From an uncultured Methylomirabilota bacterium (GTDB taxonomy: Bacteria; Methylomirabilota; Methylomirabilia; Methylomirabilales; 2-02-FULL-66-22), in assembly GCA_963845565.1 (NCBI GenBank), contig CAWJSJ010000001.1, forward strand, positions 896,001 through 960,000: a DNA stretch of 64,000 nt, given 5' to 3'. The notes below the pieces were generated by a model. The model did no database searches. It worked only from the letters and a program-made list of their open reading frames with translations, and was not told the DNA's origin. Both the position numbers and the translations under genes were made by a program. Positions 19,737 to 29,172 of this stretch are shown here, one piece after another; within the stretch, counting starts at the first letter, position 1, and each line of letters opens with the position of its first letter.

Positions 19737-19843
19737 TCAGCCATCAGCGATCAGCCAATGACGCTCAACGCGCAAGAGGTGCCCATGGCGGCTCTGAGCG
19801 TCTTCCCGGTTCCTCTGGCGGAAAGCTGACCGCTGATGCCTGA
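19737..19843. repeat. Long imperfect inverted repeat with 7-nt periodic arms between tctC and tctB
   Basis: TCAGCCATCAGCGATCAGC ... GCTGACCGCTGATGCCTGA (17/19 complementary) with inner GACGCTCA/TGAGCGTC. Confidence 0.65.
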
Positions 19844-19858
19844 ACGGTGTCCCCGCGG

Positions 19859-20845
19859 CTACTTGATCAAACCGAGGCTCTTCAGCGTCTCCTCGAAGAC
19901 CGCCTCGCTGTCGGTAATAGTCTTGGTGAACTCCCTGCTGCCCTGCCATCCGGGGCTCAGGATGTACTTGGCCAGATAGTTCTCCTTCCATGCTTTGGTG
20001 TCGTTCAGTTTCTTCATCATGCTCTCGTAGTAGGCGACCACTTCTGGGGAGAGACCCGGAGGGGCGACGACCCCGCGGTAAAACTTGAAAACGACATCCA
20101 AGCCGTTTTCCCGGAAGGTGGGAACGTCCTTGAACTGCGGGACGCGGTTCTCCTGGGCGACAACGAGCGGAACGACCATCTTGGCCTCATGCTGGGACAC
20201 GTATTCAGGGGGATTCGCCCAGATCATGTCCACATGGCCGCCCAGCAGGGCCGTCATGGCCTCTCCGCCACTGTTGAATTGGGCAAAACGCATCTTGATC
20301 CCCGCGGCTTTTTCAAACAAACGGTTACAGACTCGGTCCGCCTGATCCGCGCCGGCGATTGAGAGGGAGTTTTCCTTCTTCTTGGCTTCGGCCACAATGT
20401 CCTGTATGGATTTGAAGCGGGAATCGCTTTTCACGACAATCAGTTGTTCGTCGAGGGCGAGTTGGGCGATCATCGTCAGGTCCCGAATGGACGCGGCACC
20501 CTTCCCGGCGACCAGCAAGCCGGCCACCGAAGCGGGATTGAAGACCAGGAGCGTGTGGGTGTCCCCCTTCATCTTGGCCACCTGCGTGGTGCCGATGGCG
20601 CTGCCGCCGCCGGGAATGTTCTGGACGATCATCGGCTGCGGGGAAAGCTTCTCACTCGCGACGATCTGCGCGATTACTCTGGCGAGGACGTCGCTACCTC
20701 CGCCCGGAGCGGCGGCGGCGATCATTTGAATCGGTTTGGTCGGCATGAACTCGCCGGCCTGCACCTGAACGGCAAGGCACAGAACTGCCAAGCATACCAA
20801 TACCGTCACGCGTACCACTTTGTGACTGCACAATATTCTCTTCAT
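19859..20845 (-). CDS. tctC: Tripartite tricarboxylate transporter substrate-binding protein TctC/Bug
   Basis: Signal peptide, PGGGSDVLAR, NIPGGG, SGGEAMTALLGGHVD, DVPTFRE. Confidence 0.93.
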   Translation of the reverse strand: MKRILCSHKVVRVTVLVCLAVLCLAVQVQAGEFMPTKPIQMIAAAAPGGGSDVLARVIAQIVASEKLSPQPMIVQNIPGGGSAIGTTQVAKMKGDTHTLLVFNPASVAGLLVAGKGAASIRDLTMIAQLALDEQLIVVKSDSRFKSIQDIVAEAKKKENSLSIAGADQADRVCNRLFEKAAGIKMRFAQFNSGGEAMTALLGGHVDMIWANPPEYVSQHEAKMVVPLVVAQENRVPQFKDVPTFRENGLDVVFKFYRGVVAPPGLSPEVVAYYESMMKKLNDTKAWKENYLAKYILSPGWQGSREFTKTITDSEAVFEETLKSLGLIK

Positions 20846-20901
20846 CTCGACTGTCCTTTCTTTCTCTACTGCTGCGCCTCTGAAAGTAGCACGAAAGAGC
20901 T

Positions 20902-21762
20902 TTAGACCCCCTCAAGGTAGTTAGAAGCGATCCTGCGCAGGTACTCCACGCTCCGATCGAGGATGTTGTCCACGCTCCGTAGGCTCAGCTTTTCAGGGGA
21001 GTTGAGTTCGACGACACCAACCGGTTCGAAACCACGCTCGCGGGCTGTCTGGTCGATCCCTGCATCTCGCAGCTCTTGAAGACATTCTGCTATCGGAGCG
21101 ATCCCCGTCCCCAGGGTTTCATTCGTGTCTGCGGTGCCGTCATTATCCGTGATGTGGGCGTGAACCACGTTTCCGGCCAGCTTTCTGATCTCGGTTGTCG
21201 ACTCCCGGATCACACTGAAGTGTCCGATATCCACCGTGGCCTGCAGAAAAGGTGAGGAAAGCTCCCGGAGGAGCCGCGCCGTTTCATCCGTGCTGTTGAT
21301 CATGCGAAAAATGCGGGGATTGTTTTCAAAGGTCAGGACGATCCGTTCCCGCTCCGCTCGGCGCAGGATCTGCTCGGCAGATGATCGCATGTTTTCCCAG
21401 GCCTTCGCGGGAGGTGTTCCCGGTTCCTTTTCGCCGGGAAAGAAGAGCACCATGGGAAATCCCAGTTGCGAGGCAGCCTCAATCGCTTTGCTCACCAATT
21501 GCACAGCCCTGTCGCGCAACTCGATATCGGAGCTCGCGCCATTTCCTCCGACGTTCGCGATGAAACAGGAGGGAACCATCTCCAAACGGTTCATCGTCCG
21601 TCGCAGGCCGTCCATGACCTCATTCGACAGATACCGTAGCTGCAGATCTCCGATGGTCATCAGGTCCACATGCTTCAAGCCGCGTTTCGCAAACCGCTCG
21701 AGGTACTCCGCGGTTGCCACATTGATGAACTGGTACATCGTGCTCATGACTCCAAGTTTCAT
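20902..21762 (-). CDS. Sugar phosphate isomerase/epimerase (xylose isomerase-like TIM barrel)
   Basis: TFENN, TVDIGH, HAHITD, VVEL metal-binding motifs; first gene of the tct operon. Confidence 0.85.
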   Translation of the reverse strand: MKLGVMSTMYQFINVATAEYLERFAKRGLKHVDLMTIGDLQLRYLSNEVMDGLRRTMNRLEMVPSCFIANVGGNGASSDIELRDRAVQLVSKAIEAASQLGFPMVLFFPGEKEPGTPPAKAWENMRSSAEQILRRAERERIVLTFENNPRIFRMINSTDETARLLRELSSPFLQATVDIGHFSVIRESTTEIRKLAGNVVHAHITDNDGTADTNETLGTGIAPIAECLQELRDAGIDQTARERGFEPVGVVELNSPEKLSLRSVDNILDRSVEYLRRIASNYLEGV

Positions 21763-22175
21763 CTCGGATCCGTCCTTGTGGAAAGGTGTGTCGATTCTCC
21801 TGCCGTGGCGCTTCTCGGCGGGAGGCATGACGTCGCTCGCGGCTGGGTGCAACGCGCGACACGGAGGCAACGGGTCATACCGGAGACACCTCGAAAGCGG
21901 CGAGGCCCTTACCGGCATCTGGCGGAGACTACCGCGTACGTGACTGACGCGTCAAGCCGCGAGTGCGCTCGCCTGCGAGGGTCCGGCGGCGGAGGAACCG
22001 TGCGTACCGGATAACATCGCCGCAGGACGTCGATGTCGCTCAATACGCGCCGGGACGGCTCCCCGGTCCGGAAGACAGACAAACCCGTCCTCGGACGCGA
22101 CAGCCGTCAGCGGATTCGATACACTATGGGTTCGGAAAACGCCGCACGGCCAACCGGCCGGAAAGGAGAGCACCC

Positions 22176-22988
22176 ATGGCACAGAACGGACACGTGCTGG
22201 GACTGGTGGGGAGCCCCAATCGCGACGGGCGGACCTATCAGGTGGTGACGGCGGCACTGGAGGGTGCGGCGCGCGCCGGGGCGCAGGTCGAGCTGGTCCA
22301 GATGGCCGACCACGTGGTGGAGGCCTGCAAAGACTGTTTACCGTGGGAATGCAAGGCGACGCTGAAATGCGCTTTCCCTGACCCGGGTTTCGAGTATCTC
22401 GGCGAGAAGCTTCTCCATTGCGGCGCAGTGGTGCTGGGCACGCCGATCTATTGGTGGGACACCACCGCCATGGTCCGCTGTCTCGTCCTCAAGATGTTCC
22501 GCGTCTATGCGCGCTCGGCCCCGCTTGCCGGCCTCCCCGCCGTCGGCATCGGCATCGCCGGCGGGACCGGCAACGGCCTGGTGTCCGGCCTCCGGCCGGT
22601 CTATCATTTCTTCCAGATGCTCCAGATGCGAGCATTGGAGCCGCTGCCCGTGACGCGGTTCAACTGGAACGCCGCGCGCACCCGGGCCGGCACGCTCGGT
22701 GCGCAGCTCGCCGCGATGGCGGGAAAGCGCCATCCGTTTGCCGGCGTCGAAGACCGCCTGCTCTGGTATGACAGCCTCCCCTACCTGGGACTCACCCGGG
22801 TTGCGGAGCGGCGGCTGCTCGCCTCTCTGACGACCGCGGCATTGCCCCACGACGCGGACCCCGCCATCCTCCGCCGCCTGGTCGAGGCGGATGCGCTCGC
22901 GGCGCGGGGCGACCAGTTGCTGGCGCTCCAGGAAATCACCCGCGCGTACGATGCCGGGGTGAAGGTGTTCGAAGCCAACCAAGGGTGA
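22176..22988 (+). CDS. Iron-sulfur flavoprotein / NADPH-dependent FMN reductase family protein
   Basis: GSPNRDGRT, CKDC...C.....C, LGTPIYW; AAGGAG RBS. Confidence 0.85.
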   Translation: MAQNGHVLGLVGSPNRDGRTYQVVTAALEGAARAGAQVELVQMADHVVEACKDCLPWECKATLKCAFPDPGFEYLGEKLLHCGAVVLGTPIYWWDTTAMVRCLVLKMFRVYARSAPLAGLPAVGIGIAGGTGNGLVSGLRPVYHFFQMLQMRALEPLPVTRFNWNAARTRAGTLGAQLAAMAGKRHPFAGVEDRLLWYDSLPYLGLTRVAERRLLASLTTAALPHDADPAILRRLVEADALAARGDQLLALQEITRAYDAGVKVFEANQG

Positions 22989-23011
22989 GCGCAGGGGGCG
23001 GCCGCTCCACG

Positions 23012-23115
23012 TAGGAGCCGTTACGAAATAACCTATACATCTCTTTCTATTTCGTTACGGCTCCTTATGCCGTTTCGGAATGTCTCCGGTCAACTGAATC
23101 TTTGACAACGGCTTA
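23012..23115. mobile_element. 104-bp palindromic MITE/REP-like element, copy 1
   Basis: Near-identical to 27222-27325 (5 differences by eye); internal IR TAGGAGCCGTTACGAAATA...TATTTCGTTACGGCTCCTTA; AT-rich compared with the flanks. Confidence 0.7.
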
Positions 23116-24255
23116 CGCGCCGCGATCGGAGGGCGTCGCCAGGTAGAACGCAAGGAGGCCGGCCAGTCCCGGCAGGAACACCAGGATCCAGATGCTCCGG
23201 GTGAGCCCGATCAGATCCGCCAAGAAACCCGAGAGTGCCACGCCGAGGCCCCCCGTCCCGAAGGCAAGCCCCAGCGCCAGACCCGACGCCAGACCCAGGT
23301 GCCTGGGCAGGAGCTCCTGGGCATACACCACGGTCACGGAGAAGGAGGCCATCAGCAGCATCCCGGCGCCGGCCAGGGCGCCCCAGCGCAGCGGGCCCTG
23401 GACCAGCAACGCCAGCGCCATCAGGCCGGGAAAGACGACCAGCGAGAGCGCCACCACCGGCTGGCGCCCCACGCGATCCGAGAGGATCCCGCCCACCAAG
23501 CCTCCCACCGCTCCGGCGAACAGAAACACGAAGAGCGCTTGCCCTGCCTCCTCCGCCGATCCCCCTTGAGCATGCAGCCAGAGCGGGATGAACACGATGA
23601 GGCCGGCGTATCCCCACGACCGGAAGGTGATGAGCGCACAGAGGAGGCTCAGCCGGCGCCACGGGACGGGGTGGCTGGAGGCCCCCGCGGGCTCCCCGCC
23701 CCTGATCCCGCCGGCGATAGCCGGCCGGGACACGGCGTAGGCCGCCGCCATCAAGCACCCCGGCACGATCAGGACCAGCATCGCCGGCAGGTCGCCCCAG
23801 CGCAGCAGCCAGGCCGCGAGCACCGGCCCGACCGCGAAACCGACGTTTCCCCCCGTAGAGAAGAGCGACATCCCGAAGCCACGCCGGATGCCCGACGCTT
23901 GCGCCACCGCGATCGAGGCAATCGGGTGGAATGCGGCGCTTCCGAGCCCGGCCAGCAGGACGATGCCAAGGAGCATCCCGTAGTTCGACGCCAATCCCAC
24001 ACACCCCATAAAGACGCCGGTCCAGGCGATGCCCACCGGGATGAGCCAGGCGGTGCGCCAACGGTCCGCCATCCACCCCAGGACCGGCTGGATGACCGAC
24101 GAGGAAACATTCATGAGGGCCGCCACCAACCCGACCTGCCCATAGGAGAGGTGGAACCGGTCCGCAATCAGGGGAAGGACCACCGGAAGGATGTTCACCG
24201 AGGCGTCCACCACCGTGTGGCTCAGGACCGCTAGCGTCAGGACCGGTTTACGCAC
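23113..24255 (-). CDS. MFS transporter, Fsr (fosmidomycin-resistance)-like
   Basis: SHTVVD, QPVLGWMADR, GSAAFHP, GGNVGFAVGP, LSDRVGR, YAQELLP. Confidence 0.9.
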   Translation of the reverse strand: MRKPVLTLAVLSHTVVDASVNILPVVLPLIADRFHLSYGQVGLVAALMNVSSSVIQPVLGWMADRWRTAWLIPVGIAWTGVFMGCVGLASNYGMLLGIVLLAGLGSAAFHPIASIAVAQASGIRRGFGMSLFSTGGNVGFAVGPVLAAWLLRWGDLPAMLVLIVPGCLMAAAYAVSRPAIAGGIRGGEPAGASSHPVPWRRLSLLCALITFRSWGYAGLIVFIPLWLHAQGGSAEEAGQALFVFLFAGAVGGLVGGILSDRVGRQPVVALSLVVFPGLMALALLVQGPLRWGALAGAGMLLMASFSVTVVYAQELLPRHLGLASGLALGLAFGTGGLGVALSGFLADLIGLTRSIWILVFLPGLAGLLAFYLATPSDRGA

Positions 24256-24494
24256 CGTGTTCCGTTTCCGAGATCGCCGGTCCCCGCCTAGCGGACCGAC
24301 CGTCGCCGTCATGACGACTCGCCCAGCGCCAGTCTACATTGCCATCGCCGGGATCACAACGGATCCCGCGCGCGAACCTCATGGCCGCCTGGAGTTTCCG
24401 TTGAGCCAACCGGGGTTGACAACCCGCCGCACGCCGGATGCGCCCGCGCCGCGCGGCATCCATCCTGACGGCCCGAGGACGCTGGGGTTCTCAA

Positions 24495-25433
24495 TCAGTC
24501 GGGGGGCACCGCGCCGGTCTGCTGGGTGATGAGACCGTAGTGCTCGATCCGGCGGTGCGCGGTGAAATTGAAGACCGTCTCCCTGAGGCGCTTCCCCAGA
24601 TCCAGATCGCACTCCGCCACGATCAGCTCGTCCCCATCCGTGCAGGCCCGCGCGACCATCTCGCCCGTGGGGGCGATGATGCAGGAGCCGCCGATCTGGT
24701 ACACCCCCTCCTCCAGCCCCGCCTTGGCGACACCCACGACCCAGGTGGCGTTCTGGTAGGCGCCTGCCTGCATCGAGAGCCAGTTGTGGAACATGGGGAG
24801 GTGGGCCGGCTCGACGGGCCCCGAGACGCCCTCCAGAGGAGTGTTGTATCCCAGGAGGACCATCTCCACCCCCTGAAGCCCCAGGACGCGGTAGCTTTCC
24901 GGCCACCGACGGTCGTAGCAGATGCACATTCCGAGGACTCCCCCGAAGGCGCGCCAGACCGGGAAGCCCAAATCGCCCACGTCGAAATAATACTTCTCCA
25001 GGTTCTGATACTTCTGGCCGGGGCGATAGTCCGCATGACCGGGGAGGTGGATCTTCCGGTACTTCCCGATGATCTCCCCTCGCTCGCTCACCAAGATGGA
25101 GCTGTTGAAGCGCCGGAGCCGTCCATCCGTCTCTGTCAGTTCGCAGTATCCGAGGCAAAACCCCATCGCGAGGCGCCGAGCCTCCTCGAACAGGGGCCGG
25201 GTGTCCGGTCCCGGCATTTCGCGCTCGCAGAAGGCGTTGATCTCCGCGGCGTCGTCCATGTACCAGTGCGGGAAGAATGGCGTGAGCGCGGCCTCGGGAA
25301 AGACCACCAGTCGACAACCCCGGGCGTGCGCCTGCCGCAGAAGACCGATCAAGCGCTCGACTACCTGTCGGCGGCTGTCCGTACGCGGCACCGGGCCGAG
25401 CTGCGCCGCTCCGACCGTGAGGATTCTCGCCAT
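24495..25433 (-). CDS. N-carbamoyl-D-amino acid amidohydrolase (D-carbamoylase)-like nitrilase-superfamily enzyme
   Basis: AQLGP, FPEAALT, YRKIHLPGH, ICYDRRWPE (Glu-Lys-Cys triad), MQAGAYQN. Confidence 0.9.
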   Translation of the reverse strand: MARILTVGAAQLGPVPRTDSRRQVVERLIGLLRQAHARGCRLVVFPEAALTPFFPHWYMDDAAEINAFCEREMPGPDTRPLFEEARRLAMGFCLGYCELTETDGRLRRFNSSILVSERGEIIGKYRKIHLPGHADYRPGQKYQNLEKYYFDVGDLGFPVWRAFGGVLGMCICYDRRWPESYRVLGLQGVEMVLLGYNTPLEGVSGPVEPAHLPMFHNWLSMQAGAYQNATWVVGVAKAGLEEGVYQIGGSCIIAPTGEMVARACTDGDELIVAECDLDLGKRLRETVFNFTAHRRIEHYGLITQQTGAVPPD

Positions 25434-25462
25434 ACTGGAACTCCTTGATGTGTGACCGCCGG

Positions 25463-26302
25463 CTACTCCCGGGCCTCCCGCTGGCTTCGCTCCCAGGACT
25501 GCCGAACGAACCGGACCGCCGATTCGAGGCCCACTCGCCCCTGGAATGAGGCCTCCTCGATACACATCCAACCGTCCCACCCCGCCCGGACGAGCCGCCG
25601 GAAGATCGGAGTGAAAGGGGTCACGCCCGTCCCGAGCAGCACCGGCTTCAGTTCGCCCTGCACCGCCGTGTCCGCCGCATGGATGCTGACCACCCGGTCG
25701 AGGCACTGCTCCAGAAGGCCCAGCGGATCGTCGCTGAAGGCGGTCGCATTCGCCGTATCGAAGTTGATACCCAGCCCGACGGGCGCCGTGGCGCGCACGA
25801 TGGCCAGGAAGATATCCGGGGGCTGGGAGAAGTCGGTGTAGGTCCAGGCGCCCGGTTTGCCGTGGTTCTCGTACACCAACCGGACGCCGGAATGCCGCGT
25901 GCGGTCCGCCAGCGCGGTGAGCCCCTCCGTGGCCCACCGTATCCCGGCATCGCGCCCGGTTTCGGGGTGCGCCTGGCCGGCCGTCACCCGGATCAGCTCC
26001 GCCCCCAACCGCGCCGCGACATCCACCATCTCCTCGGCGAGGGCCAGCTCCCGGGCGCGCTGCGCCGCATCCGGATGCGTGAAATCCGGATAGCTGGTCA
26101 CCATGGCGACTCGCATCCCCGCGGCCTCGATGGCGTTTCGCACCCCCGCCACCGCCTCCCGCGACCGGTCGGGCAGGAACAGGGTGCTCAGATCGACGGC
26201 ATCCAATCCGACCCCGTGCGCCATCCGAGCCCAATCCGCGATGCTCATGGTTCCGTCGATGATGTCCCGAAAGAACGAGACCGGTATGCAGCTGACTTTC
26301 AT
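25463..26302 (-). CDS. Sugar phosphate isomerase/epimerase family protein
   Basis: YENHGK, NFDTAN, IHAAD, CIEE; GAGGAGG RBS. Confidence 0.85.
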   Translation of the reverse strand: MKVSCIPVSFFRDIIDGTMSIADWARMAHGVGLDAVDLSTLFLPDRSREAVAGVRNAIEAAGMRVAMVTSYPDFTHPDAAQRARELALAEEMVDVAARLGAELIRVTAGQAHPETGRDAGIRWATEGLTALADRTRHSGVRLVYENHGKPGAWTYTDFSQPPDIFLAIVRATAPVGLGINFDTANATAFSDDPLGLLEQCLDRVVSIHAADTAVQGELKPVLLGTGVTPFTPIFRRLVRAGWDGWMCIEEASFQGRVGLESAVRFVRQSWERSQREARE

Positions 26303-26387
26303 ACCTCCTCCTCTCGAAGTACAGGCACCGTTTCGCACTGCGTTGGCGGCGTGTCCGCTCGCACAAGGCGCGGCCAGGTCGGCGCAA

Positions 26388-27173
26388 TTATTTGGGCAGC
26401 GCGTCCCGCAGTGTCTTGCCGTTGGCCGTCCACCATTGGAGCAGGATCCACAAGTCCACGTTCAGGTTGAAGTGCCGGACGCCGAGGTCGAGGTAGTACT
26501 TGGCGTCCTCGGGCGCGGCGATCTCGGCGCGCGCCGGGATGCCCCTGCGGAGGGCGGCCTCGATCACCTTCCGCTCCACGGCCTTGGTCTCGGGATCGAA
26601 CCGGGCCCCCGGTTTGCCGATGCTCACGGTGTAGTCGCCGGGTCCCCACTGAATCATGTCGATCCCCGGAACGGTCAGGATCTCCTCCAGGTGCTCGACC
26701 GCTTCCCGCTTCTCGATCATCAGGATCACCACCACATCGCGAAGGGCCTGGAGGTACTCGGCGCCTCCGACCTGAGACCGGGGGGTGAACCGCCGCGGGG
26801 CCGCGCCGAACAAGCCGCCGTCTTGCGGGGTCTCCGGACGGACGATCCGGACGCAGTGCCGGGCCTCCTCGGCCGACCGGCAGTCGGTGAACATGACGCC
26901 CTGGAAGCCCGCGCCGATGGCCCGCTGCGCCATGTAGTCGCTGCCGGCCTGGTCGATCTTGATGACGGGCGTCACATCGGCAAGCTCGGCCGCGCGGCAC
27001 AGATTGTCCAGATCGTGGAGGTCGGAGGGGGAGTACTCGGCGAGAAACTCGACATAGTCGTACTGTCTCGCCTGGCCCAAGACCTCGATCACCGTGGGCC
27101 AGGGGCTCATCACGCGGGTCCCCAGCGTCGGCTTCCCGGCGCGGAGCAGTTCACGGAACTTGTTGGGTCGCAT
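26388..27173 (-). CDS. HpcH/HpaI-family aldolase-like protein (divergent)
   Basis: YDYVEFLAEY, MIEK, QWGPGDY; the His/Arg typical of HpaI appear replaced. Confidence 0.85.
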   Translation of the reverse strand: MRPNKFRELLRAGKPTLGTRVMSPWPTVIEVLGQARQYDYVEFLAEYSPSDLHDLDNLCRAAELADVTPVIKIDQAGSDYMAQRAIGAGFQGVMFTDCRSAEEARHCVRIVRPETPQDGGLFGAAPRRFTPRSQVGGAEYLQALRDVVVILMIEKREAVEHLEEILTVPGIDMIQWGPGDYTVSIGKPGARFDPETKAVERKVIEAALRRGIPARAEIAAPEDAKYYLDLGVRHFNLNVDLWILLQWWTANGKTLRDALPK

Positions 27174-27221
27174 GGAGAAGATCTCCTTTCGGGGAACGAT
27201 GAATGGGACGTCGCATTACCT

Positions 27222-27325
27222 TAGGAGCCGTTACGAAATAGCCTATACATCTCTTTCTATTTCGTTACGGCTCCTTATGCCGTTTCGGAATGTCTCCGCT
27301 CAATTTATTCTTTGACAACGGCTTA
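27222..27325. mobile_element. 104-bp palindromic MITE/REP-like element, copy 2
   Basis: Direct repeat of 23012-23115. Confidence 0.7.
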
Positions 27326-27342
27326 GAGGATAATCGGCCTGG

Positions 27343-27855
27343 CTACGCGGCCGGCTCCGGGTAGACGCGCTCCGGGGGGTACCGCTCCGCGACAAGCTCG
27401 ATCAACTCGAAGACCGTGAGCAGGTCATCCTCGGTGCTCAGGTACGCGAACTTGCCGTCCCCGCGCACGCCGTGCCCCTGGCCGCTCTGGACCACCTCGT
27501 AGCCAGAGCGCTGGGCCTCCTCCACCACACGGTCCAGATTCTCGACGACGATGCCCAGGTGCTGGATGCCCCCCTCGCCATGTTTCTCCAGGAACTCGGA
27601 GTAGATGCTCTCGCCGGAGAGGGGCTGGATGAGTTCGAGGCCGAAGCCGCCGACATTGGCCAGCGCGATCCGAAAGCGCCAGTTTCCCGGCCTGCCTCGG
27701 TAGGTGATGTTCTTGACGAGCGGCGCGCCGTAGGTGTAGACACGCCAGGGTTTGACCCCAACCCGCGCATAGGCCGCCATCGCCTTGTCAATGTCCTTGA
27801 CGACGAAGCAGACCTGGTTGACCGCGGTGATCTGGAACGGCGACGTCGCTGTCAT
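27343..27855 (-). CDS. VOC-family (methylmalonyl-CoA epimerase-like) protein
   Basis: QVCFVVKDID, LELIQPL, FLEKHGEGGIQHLG, FELIE. Confidence 0.88.
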   Translation of the reverse strand: MTATSPFQITAVNQVCFVVKDIDKAMAAYARVGVKPWRVYTYGAPLVKNITYRGRPGNWRFRIALANVGGFGLELIQPLSGESIYSEFLEKHGEGGIQHLGIVVENLDRVVEEAQRSGYEVVQSGQGHGVRGDGKFAYLSTEDDLLTVFELIELVAERYPPERVYPEPAA

Positions 27856-27952
27856 TCGTTTCTCCCCTCCGGGTTGCCGGTCGCACTCCCCCGGGATTCC
27901 CGCGACCGCAGATTCGCGTTCTCGATCGCCCCTGATATCCGGTGCCCTATTT

Positions 27953-29020
27953 TTACCGTCCGTAGAAGAGCCGGGGCGGATGGAGCATGTGCCAGACCTC
28001 GTCGCACGCCGCGATCGCATCCGGAGAGAGTTGCACGCCAACCGCGGCCACGTTCCGGTCGATCTGCTCGACGGCGGTGGCGCCGCAGACGATCGCTGTG
28101 ATGCCGGGCTTGTTCAGCACCCAGGCAAGGGAGAACTGATCCAGGCTCGTGCCGTGATCGGCGGCGATCGTCTTGAGCCGTGCCACCGCGGCAAAGTCCA
28201 GGTCCGTCCAGTACTTCTCGTTGTATCGGAACCCCTTGGCACCGAGACCGAACCGCTGCCCCGCCGGCGCCGGCTTCCCGGCCTCATACTTTCCCGACAG
28301 CAAACCGGCCGCCATCGGGCTGAAGGCCGCCACACCGACACCTTCCTCGAGACAGAGCGGCAAGAGCTCGTACTCGATGTCCCGCGCCAGGAGGTTGAAC
28401 GGCGGTTGGACGATATCCCAGCGCGCCACGTTGTGCAGGTCGCTCAGCCAGAGCGCCTTGCTGACCTGGAAGGCCCGGAAGTTGGAGCACCCCAGATACC
28501 GCACCTTCCCCTGCCGGACGAGGTCGTCCATCGCCCGGAGGGTCTCGTCGAGCGGCGTGTCGTAATCCGGCATGTGGGCGTAGTAGATGTCGAGGTAGTC
28601 CGTCCCGAGGCGTTTCAGGCTCCCCTCGACGGCCTGCAGGAGATGTTTCCGGGAGAGCCCCGTGTCGTTGGGACCCACCTGGTCACCCGCGGCCGCGGGC
28701 GGGAACGGCTGTGGGCGGGCCAGGTCGAGCGGTCCGCCGATGGTTTGCGCTCCGTACTTGGCGCCCCAGCGGCGCAGGTGCCCCCCCTTGGAGGCGAGGA
28801 CGAGCGAGTCGCGCTGCCCCTTGATCGCTTTCCCGACGAACTCCTCGGTCACGCCGTTGGCATAGATGTCCGCGACGTCGATGAAGGTGACGCCGCTCTC
28901 GATCGCTCGCTGGATGATCCGCTGGGATGCCCCCTCGTCCACCTGCTTGCCGAACGTCATCGTGCCGAGACAAAACGCCGACACCTTCAGCCCGGTTCGA
29001 CCCACCTTCCGATACTCCAT
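27953..29020 (-). CDS. Aldo/keto reductase (Tas-like), paralog B
   Basis: Same length (355 aa) and collinear with 15885-16952; GAGGAG RBS. Confidence 0.95.
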   Translation of the reverse strand: MEYRKVGRTGLKVSAFCLGTMTFGKQVDEGASQRIIQRAIESGVTFIDVADIYANGVTEEFVGKAIKGQRDSLVLASKGGHLRRWGAKYGAQTIGGPLDLARPQPFPPAAAGDQVGPNDTGLSRKHLLQAVEGSLKRLGTDYLDIYYAHMPDYDTPLDETLRAMDDLVRQGKVRYLGCSNFRAFQVSKALWLSDLHNVARWDIVQPPFNLLARDIEYELLPLCLEEGVGVAAFSPMAAGLLSGKYEAGKPAPAGQRFGLGAKGFRYNEKYWTDLDFAAVARLKTIAADHGTSLDQFSLAWVLNKPGITAIVCGATAVEQIDRNVAAVGVQLSPDAIAACDEVWHMLHPPRLFYGR

Positions 29021-29081
29021 TCGACTCCTCCTCTCCTCGCCCACCATTGTCCGTCGCGCTCGGGAGACAACGCGGCTCTGG

Positions 29082-29110
29082 ACGCTACCAGTCGTGGCGC
29101 GGAAGGTCAA
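29082..29110 (-). promoter_or_regulatory. Putative sigma70 promoter of AKR paralog B
   Basis: TTGACC-N17-TAGCGT, boxes identical to those at 17013-17041. Confidence 0.7.
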
Positions 29111-29172
29111 GTCGATCCCCCGCCCTCGTTCCCCAAGCGCAGGTTTCCTCGGCGCCTATTGGCGTTCGCAAC

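Noticed and set aside
23012..27325. 104-bp repeats as a CRISPR array or attL/attR of a prophage
   Set aside because: Only two copies 4.2 kb apart, with no spacers, cas genes, integrase or phage genes.
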